Origin: Octopus bimaculoides | Lineage: Eukaryota | Direction: 5' to 3' | Assembly: GCF_001194135.2 (NCBI RefSeq) | Contig: NC_068992.1 | Span: forward strand, 65,515,133-65,579,132 | Length of the DNA stretch: 64,000 nt | Part shown: positions 12,376 through 25,537 of the stretch, in pieces | Layout of the letters: every line of letters starts with the position of its first letter | Numbering within the stretch: the first letter of the stretch is position 1 | Program-made: the position numbers and the translations under genes | The notes under the pieces: model-generated | The model's database searches: none | Told to the model about the DNA's origin: nothing | What the model saw: the letters and a program-made list of their open reading frames with translations, nothing else

Positions 12376-13041
12376 ATAATTCGAAATTATGGCTTCGAAA
12401 TATCAAAGACAGAGTATGACCAAATCCTAGGTGTTACTGGGGAAGAGGGTTGCAAAATCTTGTGGGATTCTGTTTGAGTCTACGTCATGCACAAGCCAGT
12501 CCTCTGTTCTTGTACCGAAGGTCTCGTAGCGTTTCTGCATACTCAACAGGGCATTGCATCATCGTGTTTCTGGAACCTAAGGTTGTTTTTGGATTCGTAT
12601 GTCCACTGAGCCTCCAGCTACCCACACTTATAACCTTGTACACCTCAGAACTCACTTTCCCGTCCTGTGTCTCAGATCTGATGACAAACAGCGGATTAAT
12701 ACTCTTGCCAATACACCTGGCTGTCACCCTGTGTTGCCTTCATCCATGTCAATTAGAACGAAAGCATGGACAGGTATATGATTTACGACCAGTCAAACGC
12801 TACTGTAATATTTCCACTGAGAGACAGAAAAAAAATATTTCGCTATACGCTCTTTCGAGTATAGAAAAAAAAAACTCATTACTTTTTATAGACATCTTCC
12901 CATTTCCCTCATTCTTCTAAAGAAAAAAATCTCACAAAGTAGGTTCCTACTCAGCCAGTCGATACACGTTCAGGAATTGACAGTGACTGGCAGCAGGAGG
13001 AAAACTCTTTCGTTATTCATTTCGCATACATGTGTGTTTAA

Positions 13042-13113
<72 letters not shown>

Positions 13114-13284
13114 ACTTGTGTCTATGTCGTTTAATTGAGAATATGCTATGTTGTATTGCCACTTTGTTTCCGTTGATTCCTTTTTAAGGTCGTGTTCGTG
13201 TCTTCAAAGATAATTTCACAGTATTTCTGTGGATGTGATCTATTCACTGCTATTCCCATTTCTGTTACTTATCATTATTATTAC

Positions 13285-13446
13285 GTTCGCACAGCTTCTA
13301 ACGCTGGAGATGTACTGCGGTGTGAGCTCTTCAGTACCAGTGAACTAAGGTAACACCTCTTAGTTTTCGCGCACCTTCCGGAGTATTCGAGCGGTTCCAA
13401 GCAGTGCTGTTTTCTGCAAGTACTGTTTTCTGCAGTGCTGTTTTCC
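13285..13446 (-). mobile_element. R4/Dong LINE 3' end (family A), very short
   Basis: LQKTALLGTARILRKVREN* plus the same 3' UTR as 5150-5229. The 5' junction carries short duplications. Confidence 0.88.
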
Positions 13447-13536
13447 GTACACCTAGGGCAGAGAAACTCACTGTATGCATTCCCAGTTTACACACGCAAA
13501 TTCACAGGTAAAATATGTATTTAAAAAAAAATAATA

Positions 13537-13578
<42 letters not shown>

Positions 13579-14682
13579 TTATGTTTGACTTTTGTTTTGC
13601 ATTTGTACANNNNNNNNNNNNNNNNNNNNNNNNNNNNNNNNNNNNNNNNNNNNNNNNNNNNNNNNNNNNNNNNNNNNNNNNNNNNNNNNNNNNNNNNNNN
13701 NNNNNNNNNNNNNNNNNNNNNNNNNNNNNNNNNNNNNNNNNNNNNNNNNNNNNNNNNNNNNNNNNNNNNNNNNNNNNNNNNNNNNNNNNNNNNNNNNNNN
13801 NNNNNNNNNNNNNNNNNNNNNNNNNNNNNNNNNNNNNNNNNNNNNNNNNNNNNNNNNNNNNNNNNNNNNNNNNNNNNNNNNNNNNNNNNNNNNNNNNNNN
13901 NNNNNNNNNNNNNNNNNNNNNNNNNNNNNNNNNNNNNNNNNNNNNNNNNNNNNNNNNNNNNNNNNNNNNNNNNNNNNNNNNNNNNNNNNNNNNNNNNNNN
14001 NNNNNNNNNNNNNNNNNNNNNNNNNNNNNNNNNNNNNNNNNNNNNNNNNNNNNNNNNNNNNNNNNNNNNNNNNNNNNNNNNNNNNNNNNNNNNNNNNNNN
14101 NNNNNNNNNNNNNNNNNNNNNNNNNNNNNNNNNNNNNNNNNNNNNNNNNNNNNNNNNNNNNNNNNNNNNNNNNNNNNNNNNNNNNNNNNNNNNNNNNNNN
14201 NNNNNNNNNNNNNNNNNNNNNNNNNNNNNNNNNNNNNNNNNNNNNNNNNNNNNNNNNNNNNNNNNNNNNNNNNNNNNNNNNNNNNNNNNNNNNNNNNNNN
14301 NNNNNNNNNNNNNNNNNNNNNNNNNNNNNNNNNNNNNNNNNNNNNNNNNNNNNNNNNNNNNNNNNNNNNNNNNNNNNNNNNNNNNNNNNNNNNNNNNNNN
14401 NNNNNNNNNNNNNNNNNNNNNNNNNNNNNNNNNNNNNNNNNNNNNNNNNNNNNNNNNNNNNNNNNNNNNNNNNNNNNNNNNNNNNNNNNNNNNNNGGGCT
14501 TTGTCAATATCTGCATTATTCGCTCTCTTTGGGTATTTGCCATTGAGAGGTTTTCCATGCCATTTTTCAGTCATAATAGCTAAGGCAGCAATTTTAGCAC
14601 GGGTTTTCAAGCGCTTAGCTTTTTCTGTAGGTGTTTCTAGTTCGTCTAATTCTTGAATTTGTTGCAATTGGAATTCACTTAG
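13579..14682 (-). mobile_element. R4/Dong LINE (family C) spanning an assembly gap
   Basis: 14682-14497 reads LSEFQLQQIQELDELETPTEKAKRLKTRAKIAALAIMTEKWHGKPLNGKYPKRANNADIDKA, containing the WxxKPLHGxY motif downstream of the RT. On the other side of the gap, 13609-13579 is tgtacaaatgcaaaacaaaagtcaaacataa, matching the 3' end at 53042-53072. (ATT)n flanks both sides. Confidence 0.85.
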
Positions 14683-14741
<59 letters not shown>

Positions 14742-15214
14742 CATCATCATCACCATCGTCGTCGTCGTGGTTGTTGTTGTTAGGTGAGCAGAATCATTAG
14801 AGTGAGGGATCCGTAGCTTTATTTCTATCACTACCAATACCATAAACAACAAAATCACTGAGAAAAACAAGCAATTAAAAGTAAAGACAACAAAAGCACC
14901 GTCATAACGGTAACAATCAAGAATACGATCAGAATCAAAATAGAAACCAAAAACTATTTAAATAAAAAAAACACCGAAAAACATAGAAATAAAGATGCTA
15001 TCTATTGTAATAATAATGTTCGTAGACTTGTGTCTCCTTGTTGTTACACCATTTTGATGTTCTTCATATCTGACTAAGATATTGAACTCGTATCGATCCT
15101 GATATGTAGCGATAATGTCTAGTGAATTGAACACTCTTATTTGGAAAATGAGAAACCATTAAATCAGAAACGTATGGAACTTATAGTAATGGATATCCAA
15201 TATATTGTGCATAT

Positions 15215-15392
<178 letters not shown>

Positions 15393-17081
15393 CTTCTATG
15401 TATCTTGTATGATAAACAAATTACCCAAGAAAAGAAAGAATCCCCCATAATCAAAGAAAAGAAAGAAAATACACAAGGAACTTAGCCGTAATCCCAATAA
15501 AACCGATCAAACAATAAAGTTAATGTGTGATAAGTAAGAATCGGGAGTTTCAATAACACTTGATGACAGCGATTATCTCGTAGTTTCTGTGACACCATTA
15601 TTCTCTTCAAAAGTATCGGATTAGGTGTAAGGAGCATTTTTAAAGGCCTCTTAACCATTCATTTTAAACCTTAACTTGTTTGAACAAATATATCGACCAA
15701 ACACAGCATTTATTCACACCAAAACCGATCTCGCCAGACAACATGGAATTGGCGGTAACATATTTACATTGATTTTTTTTTTTTCCATTTTAGCTATTTT
15801 TCCTACGGTAACATTTGGTAAAGAATTAATGTAGTTTTATTAGAAGCTTTTTTTTTTCCGTTTTTGGATTCAGCTGTTCAGGAAGTCCAATACGAATCAT
15901 TCAAATGCCAACTTGTCATTCTTTGATTTTCCAACATGTATGTGTGTAATTATGTATGTATGTATGTATGTTTCCACTTCCGTTTGCCATGGAGTAAAAT
16001 ATTCACTCTTGAGCCAAAATGGTGTCAAACATTATAACCAGCTCAGACTGCCCCACCCCACCACTGGTCAGATGGACGCATGAATTTCTTACTCTTAGAT
16101 CTCACCTGTAACACGTACCAAAAGAGAGAGAGAGAGAGAACTCTGAATTGAGGACGCCCTGGTTTTTAAGTGATCTGACTACACATTTTCTCTCAAATGA
16201 CATTATCTCCATAATAATCTGCAACGAATAACTTTTTATGGGCTCAAATATATTTAAACTGGTATTAAATTTGTGTGTGTGTGTTTTTTTCAAGTTACAA
16301 GCTGCATATTCTTAAATATAATTATATTTACATATGTTATTCAATGATTATGCAACAAAATCCTAAACAATTTTTGGGCATAATTGAAATACAAATTTAT
16401 GTATTTCCTTCATAACATCCACCCTATTGTGGCAAGATGTTGGAGTGAAACAGGCGAATCCATTAAAATCAGAACTAGAATCATATGCGAAATCTTTGAG
16501 TTGTAACAGAGAACGTTTAAATCATGACTGCATAATGCGAAAACGGAAACCCCATATTATTGTATATAATACTTAAACGGAAGTCACGCATTGTATTATG
16601 TGGTTACAATTACATCACAGACGTTATTCAATCTATAACATTTATGAAAATAGAGTTGAGAAGCAGAAAGGCGAATCTTGTTAACACAATTGTCTGAGTT
16701 ATGATAACTAGCGCACAAATATTTCAAAATTCCAACCTCGTATAGGACACCTGGAGAGGATCCGATCGACAATGCATGATGATAGGAAGAAAGAGATAAA
16801 CAGTTTAGAAAACAAAACATTACACGAGAGTGGCGTATTGGTAAAATGGCTCTTGTTTAAAATATAAAATGTAACAATACGAGTGACGATTTCTCATAGA
16901 TTATCTTTACTTCTTATATATTACGTATATACATTTAAAGCAGCGATATTACTATGATATACGAAACCAGGAAAAAGCTGCCTTCCATTCATTTAGTGTT
17001 GTTTAAAGAATGTTATTGGCTGTAAAATGGCAGAATATTTTCTGCCCTGAAAAATTTGTCAGTTGCATCAATCTGCGTTCT

Positions 17082-17192
17082 GTGATCGACCTGAAGCTAT
17101 AGTAGAAGAAACTTGCCCAAGGTGTCATGCAGTGGGTCTGAACTCGGAACTATGTGGTTGAGAAGCAGGCTTTTTACCACCCAGCCACGCCT
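17082..17192 (-). mobile_element. tRNA-derived SINE family S, head
   Basis: Reverse complement of the head at 25440 (ggagtggctgtgtggtaag...ggttccgggttcagtcccactacgtggcaccttgggcaagtgtcttctactatag). Confidence 0.85.
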
Positions 17193-17451
17193 AATACACT
17201 TGTACATATTTTATTATTTCTAAGTACACTTCATGCAATTTCTGTTTGCTCGTGCAAGTCTTGTGCTGTCACGTGGGTTAGGAATCAAATATTAATTAAA
17301 TTTTGATTATAAAATATCATAATGTATGTATAGGTGATATAATGCGGCACACTGTGATATTGAATCTTCGAGTCGTTCTAACAATGTGGGTGGTGTGCGT
17401 CAGAATCACTTCGTGATAATTTAATCTGTAGCATCTTTGCAACTTAATGAA

Positions 17452-17502
<51 letters not shown>

Positions 17503-18020
17503 TCATGATTATGAACCTCTCCGGAGAATATATGAGAAGCAGGAGAGAGATGTGTTTCATGGCTAAGCCGAGGATAGACATAATTACCCGTCCGTGTATC
17601 TCAAAGTATGTGTATACACATATGTGTATACACATATGTGTATATATGTGTATACAGGTGTGCGTGTCTGCGTACATAATTAAATGGTGGAGTCTTGTGA
17701 CAAAAAGTCGTAAGATTTTATCTGCAGAGGATGAATACCATAAAAAAATAAAATTTTAAAAAAATTTTGAATCGCATTTCAATTTGAAGAAAACGCTCCA
17801 CACACAAAATTTAATAAGTGAATAAATAAATTCATTGTTTTCCGCAAAACACAAATAGATTACACATTGATAAGCTAATTTGAATATTAGTGTAATTTCT
17901 AAATTTGTTTTTCTGCCGTCGTAAATGTGCAAAGTGTCATATCGAAGTGTCTGTATTATATAAATTCAATCATACATACATACATACATACGCACATGTA
18001 CGCACACACACACACACACA

Positions 18021-18060
<40 letters not shown>

Positions 18061-18486
18061 NNNNNNNNNNNNNNNNNNNNNNNNNNNNNNNNNNNNNNNN
18101 NNNNNNNNNNNNNNNNNNNNNNNNNNNNNNNNNNNNNNNNNNNNNNNNNNNNNNNNNNNNNNNNNNNNNNNNNNNNNNNNNNNNNNNNNNNNNNNNNNNN
18201 NNNNNNNNNNNNNNNNNNNNNNNNNNNNNNNNNNNNNNNNNNNNNNNNNNNNNNNNNNNNNNNNNNNNNNNNNNNNNNNNNNNNNNNNNNNNNNNNNNNN
18301 NNNNNNNNNNNNNNNNNNNNNNNNNNNNNNNNNNNNNNNNNNNNNNNNNNNNNNNNNNNNNNNNNNNNNNNNNNNNNNNNNNNNNNNNNNNNNNNNNNNN
18401 NNNNNNNNNNNNNNNNNNNNNNNNNNNNNNNNNNNNNNNNNNNNNNNNNNNNNNNNNNNNNNNNNNNNNNNNNNNNNNNNNNNNNN

Positions 18487-18520
<34 letters not shown>

Positions 18521-20150
18521 AAGTATAGGAATGTTGCAGGAGAAATTTTGGCATGAGCGGAAGAAATATGAGCTAACATTCTTGGAGAAGAACAGTGGTA
18601 ACTGGAAGAGAAGCTTAAGAGACGTAACCTACGACTCTGCTAAACGGAAAGTGGAGAAGAAAAAGTGATCAGATACAAACGTATCTTCCGCCCCCTGTTA
18701 GCTTTATTATGAGAAATCACTTCTCTTTTAATAATGGCGACCAATATTTATTGTTTAAAAGTGTCGTCTTTTCAATATTATTTTATTCAATAGCGAGAAG
18801 AATGTATTGAATTAGCAATTAAGAATTTCAATTCAGTTAATTTTTAATAATCAAAATTATATTTTATTGAAATATTTTGAATCAAGAGAAAGGAAAAAGT
18901 CAAGAATGACATGAATTCGTATCAATTGTTATATTTTTCTCTTCGACAACCTCTACATCCGTATTCCACTGTTTATGCCGGCCTAAATATCTCATCTAAT
19001 CAAAAATCTTTTCATTAGAACACAAACGAAAGAAGTCGTAACATATTTCGTGCATAGCTTTTTTGTTTACAGTTCGTTTTTACTCGTAGCCTTTGACAAA
19101 ACCCTTTTCAATATAACAGAAAAAGTACAAGTTAAAGTTACACAATGCTGCTTATATAAACATTGAAAACACACTTATTGCATTCTCAAACCAACGTATA
19201 TATAAAGAGAAATACATATACGTTTATATATACATGTGTATGTATGTATGTATATATATATATATATATATANNNNNNNNNNNNNNNNNNNNNNNNNNNN
19301 NNNNNNNNNNNNNNNNNNNNNNNNNNNNNNNNNNNNNNNNNNNNNNNNNNNNNNNNNNNNNNNNNNNNNNNNNNNNNNNNNNNNNNNNNNNNNNNNNNNN
19401 NNNNNNNNNNNNNNNNNNNNNNNNNNNNNNNNNNNNNNNNNNNNNNNNNNNNNNNNNNNNNNNNNNNNNNNNNNNNNNNNNNNNNNNNNNNNNNNNNNNN
19501 NNNNNNNNNNNNNNNNNNNNNNNNNNNNNNNNNNNNNNNNNNNNNNNNNNNNNNNNNNNNNNNNNNNNNNNNNNNNNNNNNNNNNNNNNNNNNNNNNNNN
19601 NNNNNNNNNNNNNNNNNNNNNNNNNNNNNNNNNNNNNNNNNNNNNNNNNNNNNNNNNNNNNNNNNNNNNNNNNNNNNNNNNNNNNNNNNNNNNNNNNNNN
19701 NNNNNNNNNNNNNNNNNNNNNNNNNNNNNNNNNNNNNNNNNNNNNNNNNNNNNNNNNNNNNNNNNNNNNNNNNNNNNNNNNNNNNNNNNNNNNNNNNNNN
19801 NNNNNNNNNNNNNNNNNNNNNNNNNNNNNNNNNNNNNNNNNNNNNNNNNNNNNNNNNNNNNNNNNNNNNNNNNNNNNNNNNNNNNNNNNNNNNNNNNNNN
19901 NNNNNNNNNNNNNNNNNNNNNNNNNNNNNNNNNNNNNNNNNNNNNNNNNNNNNNNNNNNNNNNNNNNNNNNNNNNNNNNNNNNNNNNNNNNNNNNNNNNN
20001 NNNNNNNNNNNNNNNNNNNNNNNNNNNNNNNNNNNNNNNNNNNNNNNNNNNNNNNNNNNNNNNNNNNNNNNNNNNNNNNNNNNNNNNNNNNNNNNNNNNN
20101 NNNNNNNNNNNNNNNNNNNNNNNNNNNNNNNNNNNNNNNNNNNNNNNNNN

Positions 20151-20203
<53 letters not shown>

Positions 20204-21317
20204 TTGTTTATATATATATATAACTTTTATTGTAGAGACAAATTCTATTAGATTAAGTTGAAATAATTTGAATGTTTAGAATTTACGTAGCAGAGTAAAG
20301 CCAGTAAACACAGTACATATTTTTTATTTTTGTTTTCTAGACACAATAAATTTCTTTAAGTTTCTAATAATTGGTAGCTGTGTGTGTGTATGTGTTTGTA
20401 TGCGTATGTGTGCGGGTTTGTGTTTGTGTGCGTGCGTGTACGTCTGTGTGTGTATATGTGAGAGAGAGAGTGTGTGCGCGCGCGTGTGTATTTAAAGAGG
20501 ATAATATTAAGTTCTCTCCTAAAGAAGGCAATCAGGTGTCCCGCTCGGCCTTTTTGATCACGTGAAGAAAAGAAGAGATATCTCATTACTGAATATTCCA
20601 ATAATCCTAATATTAAAATATTTCTGATTTACTTGGAACTTAATGTGAACCTAGAAAAGGGTGCTGCAGCTAAGGACTGAACTCACGTCAATACAGTGTA
20701 GTGAATTCAATTGATAGGTCTAGAATTTGCAGAGAGATTAGTATAAAACAACAACGGAAATAATAGCTGCATCAGTGTTGTTCAGAGTGATTCCAAAACG
20801 ATTGATACTTGAGTCTAAATGTACTTCGTTGTGTAAGTGTAAGGTTCCGGTGTTAAAATGCATAGTGTCATTGTAAACAATTCTGATGTGTGTGGACCCA
20901 TAGACCCTACATTGCCATGAAGAGTGAGGATTTTAGGAAGAGTAAATGTATTTCGTATTGCTATCTGTAAGTATAATACTTTGATGCAGCCTCTTTATGG
21001 ATCGGTTGACACTTGAACATCGTTTCGACTTTGAATCATATTTGGATCAACCTACACTTGCGCCACAAAAAAAAAGCAAAAATAAAAGAGAATTTAGTTG
21101 TTTGACTAAAAATAACGTAACTACATTGTGTGACACATCACGTGATTTTCTTCGATACTGAAGTTCTTGTTGCGTGCCGTTGAACATTAGAATTATATCT
21201 AAATTTAGTGTAACGATACAAAACAAGTCTAACAGTTGCAATTTGTTGTAAACAACAAAATGGCTTCTGGCATTAACCTCACTGAGCTCATTAAGTGAGA
21301 GTATGTGTATGTAGCTT

Positions 21318-21360
<43 letters not shown>

Positions 21361-22490
21361 CCGGGTTTGAGTGAAGTAGTAGCTGTCATTTCCCTTCCAA
21401 GATGATCAATGAAGACGCGATCGGCAAAAAATGACATTGAAGTAATATGAAAGTAAGAATTAATTTTGAATGTTTATTTCCAACTGACAAGATATACAAA
21501 ACGATTGGGCCTGTGGAGATGTTAGTCGGAACACCTTTCTTGTTCCTCTCCGGACAAGACCTCATCATCTTCTTGATATAAAACAGAAAATAGACTGCAG
21601 CAGATAGGCTTATACTCTCCAGTAATATTTAACATCCATATTCTCTGCTATGAATAATATTACGTTAATATTTTCGCATAAAATTTGGTAGGAAGATTAC
21701 ATTGATTTCAACGTAACGTTGGATCTGATCAAGCCAGCTAACTTAAAATACGCATTCTGAATGCCAATAAAACTGTATGAGAACCGCTAAAGAAGGAGAA
21801 CGTGGATAAAAACACAACAATGGAACAAAAATCAAAGAAAGAAAGCATAAACGTAGAGATAATACGTATACAACTAACTAATTATATAAGAAGAATATGA
21901 AACCAAATGCTAAGCTGCATTCAAAATGTTGAGCAACCTGAATCGAACCAAAGCAAGCAAAAATATGAGTAAAAGACAGCGAGAGGAATATTTACAAAGA
22001 AGGAAATTACTAAAGACGAAAATCACAAACATTAAACAGAAATGCTAAGTGCATTTTGGTAAATAGTACATAATTTTTCAGACATAGACAAGGAAAAATT
22101 ATTAAAACTAATCCAATCTTTGTTAAGAGACGAATACTTCAAAAGGCTTTCCTCTCGTTACTCCTTTTCAGTTTGACGCTAATATCTTTAACACTCAGTT
22201 TAAGCTAGACAAGACACGGATGTAATATGAGAGGTTAATCAGCCAACTATTATACATGGACACTTTAAAAATGTGTGCTGCAATTAATAAAGCACTAAAA
22301 ACATTGTAACAGAAAGTATACGAAAGCTGTTTCCTTAGGTTATATGTAAATATTGTCTCCGTAAGTTCAAAATCCTCCACTTCAAGAACATCCCCCCTCT
22401 GTCTGTCGTGGCCTGAATGTTTCAATTATACATACATATATATGTGTGTGTGTACGTACGTATGTAAATATGTGTCTGTATGTGTGTGCA

Positions 22491-22528
<38 letters not shown>

Positions 22529-23464
22529 TGTGTGCACAAAGGACAGATACAGATATAAAATTATTTAATAAATAATTGTCTCTCCTAATCGACTATTTTA
22601 ATATTTTACTCGAAATATGATTTCCCACATTTTTAATGGGATTAATAAGTAGAATTGTAAGGATTTATCGTATCTCTGTCTGTCTGTCTGTCTGTATGTA
22701 TGTCTGTCTATCTCCCTCCACATCTCCTTCTCCTTCTCTCCTCCAACTCTGTCTATCTGTCTGTCTCTCTCCCTGTATCTATCTATCCATTTATCTCTCT
22801 CTCTGTATATATATATATATATATATACATATATATGTATGTATGTGTGAATGTGTGTGTATGCATACATGTATATGTTTGTTGACGCTAGGGTTGATGT
22901 AATGTAACACTACCACACATCACCCGGCATATTTATGTCCATTTAATAGACATTTCTGTCAGTCATACATTTATATTTTAACATTGTACGAGAACGTTAG
23001 ATGTGGGGGAACACCTCAACAAATTGCCTACACTGCTTCACACACATTAACAGATATATAGACAGATATATACGCATACATACCTCTATATAAACACATA
23101 TATACATATATATCTACACATGTATGTGTAGATATATTGATGCAATGTCATAGTTACTGAAGTAGCTTCCGTTACAATTAAATATGTGCGTGTATATGTG
23201 CACACATACATACAAGGATACAAACATTATTGGATACACGCAAACAGTAAACTCTATCTTTCATTCAACGATTCTTTGATGAGCGATTCGTGACAGTTAA
23301 TTCCTAATAAATACCATTTTAAGCCTATATTAGTGTGACGGATTAAATAGATGAGAAATCACGGCTGTTAGCAAACATATCAATCATTAAGTAGATTTAT
23401 ACATATATACACACATGCACATACAAGTATATAAATGTATGTGTGTCTGTGTAGTGAAATAATT

Positions 23465-23830
23465 GTACCGTATTGTTGTCATCAGATTCGAGTGTGATTT
23501 AAGTTGGGCGAGGATAGCACGGGGCCCAAGTCTTGGGTTTATCTTGAAGGTGGTGCCAACATCATTTGGGCAATACTGATGGAATATTTTCCCCATCATG
23601 CAGATGATGTAGCGCTCACGTCGGCATTGGAAGGAATAAAGCTTGAGCTTTTCTAGTCGACCCTAATAGTCAAGGCCTGTCATGCCATCTATCTCTTTTG
23701 TAATTGACCTTAGATGTGCTTTAACTTTCATGATATTTTGTTTCGTATGGGGAGACCACAGGGGACAACTATATTCAAGGTGGGGTCAGTCAACCGAAAA
23801 GAGAATAATGGTGTTGATGATCGCAGACTT
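23465..23830 (-). mobile_element. CR1/L2-like LINE fragment (region C-terminal to RT)
   Basis: PHLEYSCPLWSPHTKQNIMKVKAHLRSITKEIDGMTGLDY*GRLEKLKLYSFQCRRERYIICMMGKIFHQYCPND matches the PHLEY..WSP / Y.ERL..L.L.SLQ.RRER motifs of CR1/L2 ORF2. It has an in-frame stop and an upstream frameshift. Confidence 0.88.
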
Positions 23831-24270
23831 TTTTTAATGCTGGACCAAGTATTATGTCGTCAATTATTATTTGGTGACCAATAACATCGCCAAGAATTAT
23901 TCGGCGACGTCATTTCACAACTACTGTTCAAATAGTACCGCAACAGCCTTCTATTTTTTTTTCTTTACGCCAGTGAGATCGATAAAATAATCATGGGGAT
24001 CAATGCTATCGATTAAGCATCTTATGATGTTGTTCTCCAGTATCGCCACAGTCCACCGAGTACAACCAGTACTATAATCAAATCAATTATTAACTAGCAA
24101 TGTCTTCCCATCAAATCACTCATACGTCCAAACACATATCGTAAACTCATACATTCATAAATACACACACATACACAAATTCACGCACCCACACATTCAC
24201 ACACGCAGATACATGCATCAACGCAGCTCACACGTAGTTACACTCACAAACATATATAGGAATGCATATA

Positions 24271-24369
24271 TTCTTTTATTTCTTTTACTTTTTTCAGTCA
24301 TTTGACTTCGGCCATGCTGGGGCATCGCCTTAAAGGGTGTCAGTTGAATAAATCCACCCCAGTACTTAT

Positions 24370-24370
<1 letters not shown>
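24271..24370 (-). mobile_element. SINE family S, 3' tail
   Basis: tcttttactt..tttcagtcatttgacttcggccatgctggggcatcgcc has the same tail as 25071-25120 and matches an abundant octopus repeat tail from recall. Confidence 0.75.
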
Positions 24371-24413
<43 letters not shown>

Positions 24414-24702
24414 CAGATAGATAGGTAGTCGCACTTAATCTCGAACGGTCACTCCAATGCGCAGCCTCGCTCGACTCCAGTCATTCCCCACACTCGCCCA
24501 TGAATACAAATCAACAGATAGACGATCGTTTAATAAGTCGGACACTTAACACTTCGAACTATTTGCATATGTTTTATCTCTTCGACCTTTACAATTCAGC
24601 GTTCTCTTTGCATTAATCTTAATATTCATCTACGCTTCAATACCTGCCTCCCCATCTCTCTCCCTCTCTCACACACTTTCTTTCTTTCTCCCTCTCTTTC
24701 TC

Positions 24703-24747
<45 letters not shown>

Positions 24748-25070
24748 TTCTCTATCCTCTTTCTCTTTCCGTTTCTCTCTCTTGCTTTTTATCTGACCAC
24801 CCGCTTTAGTCACCCTTATGTCCGACCATCTTTGATCTCTCCACCACCATCACCACCACCTCTAGCACATCTACCCCCGCCTATACCCAGACGGCAATTA
24901 CACACCGCACACCCCCTACTAATACCTCCACACACGCCCCATCAGTAGAGGAATAAGTTCCTCTAAAACCTAGCACGTGACTTTCCTCAATTATTTCCCA
25001 ATTATAAATCTTCGCTCCAGTGGTCAAGTCTCCGTCCGTCTCGCTGACCACATCCCCATCTTTCTTCTTT

Positions 25071-25241
25071 TATCTTTTACTCATTTCAGTTATTAGACTG
25101 CGACCATGCTGGGGCACCACTTTCAGCTCGAACCAGTCAGCTACGCTATTCATATTTTTAAGCTCGGTACTTATTCTATTGGATACTTTCACCGAACCGC
25201 TAAGTTACGGGGACGTAAACATACCAACATAGGTTGTTCAA
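25071..25241 (-). mobile_element. SINE family S, 3' half
   Basis: tcttttactcatttcagttattagactgcgaccatgctggggcacc...ccgaaccgctaagttacggggacgtaaac. Confidence 0.8.
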
Positions 25242-25439
25242 TATTTATTTTTGCTTGCAATAGTCGGCTCATTTGGTCAAACTATCGTATCTCCGGCTCC
25301 TTCAGATGCCAAGATATCGAATATTGTCAAAGTGTAATAGAACGGTTTTGCTATGGAATAGTTGAACAATATTTTCGTTTTCTGAAAAAGCAACGTTTTG
25401 GAATTACGATGATTTTGCATAACAGCAACGATGTATAAT

Positions 25440-25537
25440 AGGAGTGGCTGTGTGGTAAGTAGCTTGCATACCAACCACATGGTTCCGGGTTCAGTCCCAC
25501 TACGTGGCACCTTGGGCAAGTGTCTTCTACTATAGTC
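25440..25537 (+). mobile_element. SINE family S, tRNA-like head
   Basis: A-box tggctgtgtggt, B-box ggttcagtccc, then ggcaccttgggcaagtgtcttctactatag. Truncated. Confidence 0.88.

Noticed and set aside
18520-18668. Open frame EKFWHERKKYELTFLEKNSGNWKRSLRDV
   Set aside because: No recognisable homology, a weak acceptor, and a length within chance for this composition.
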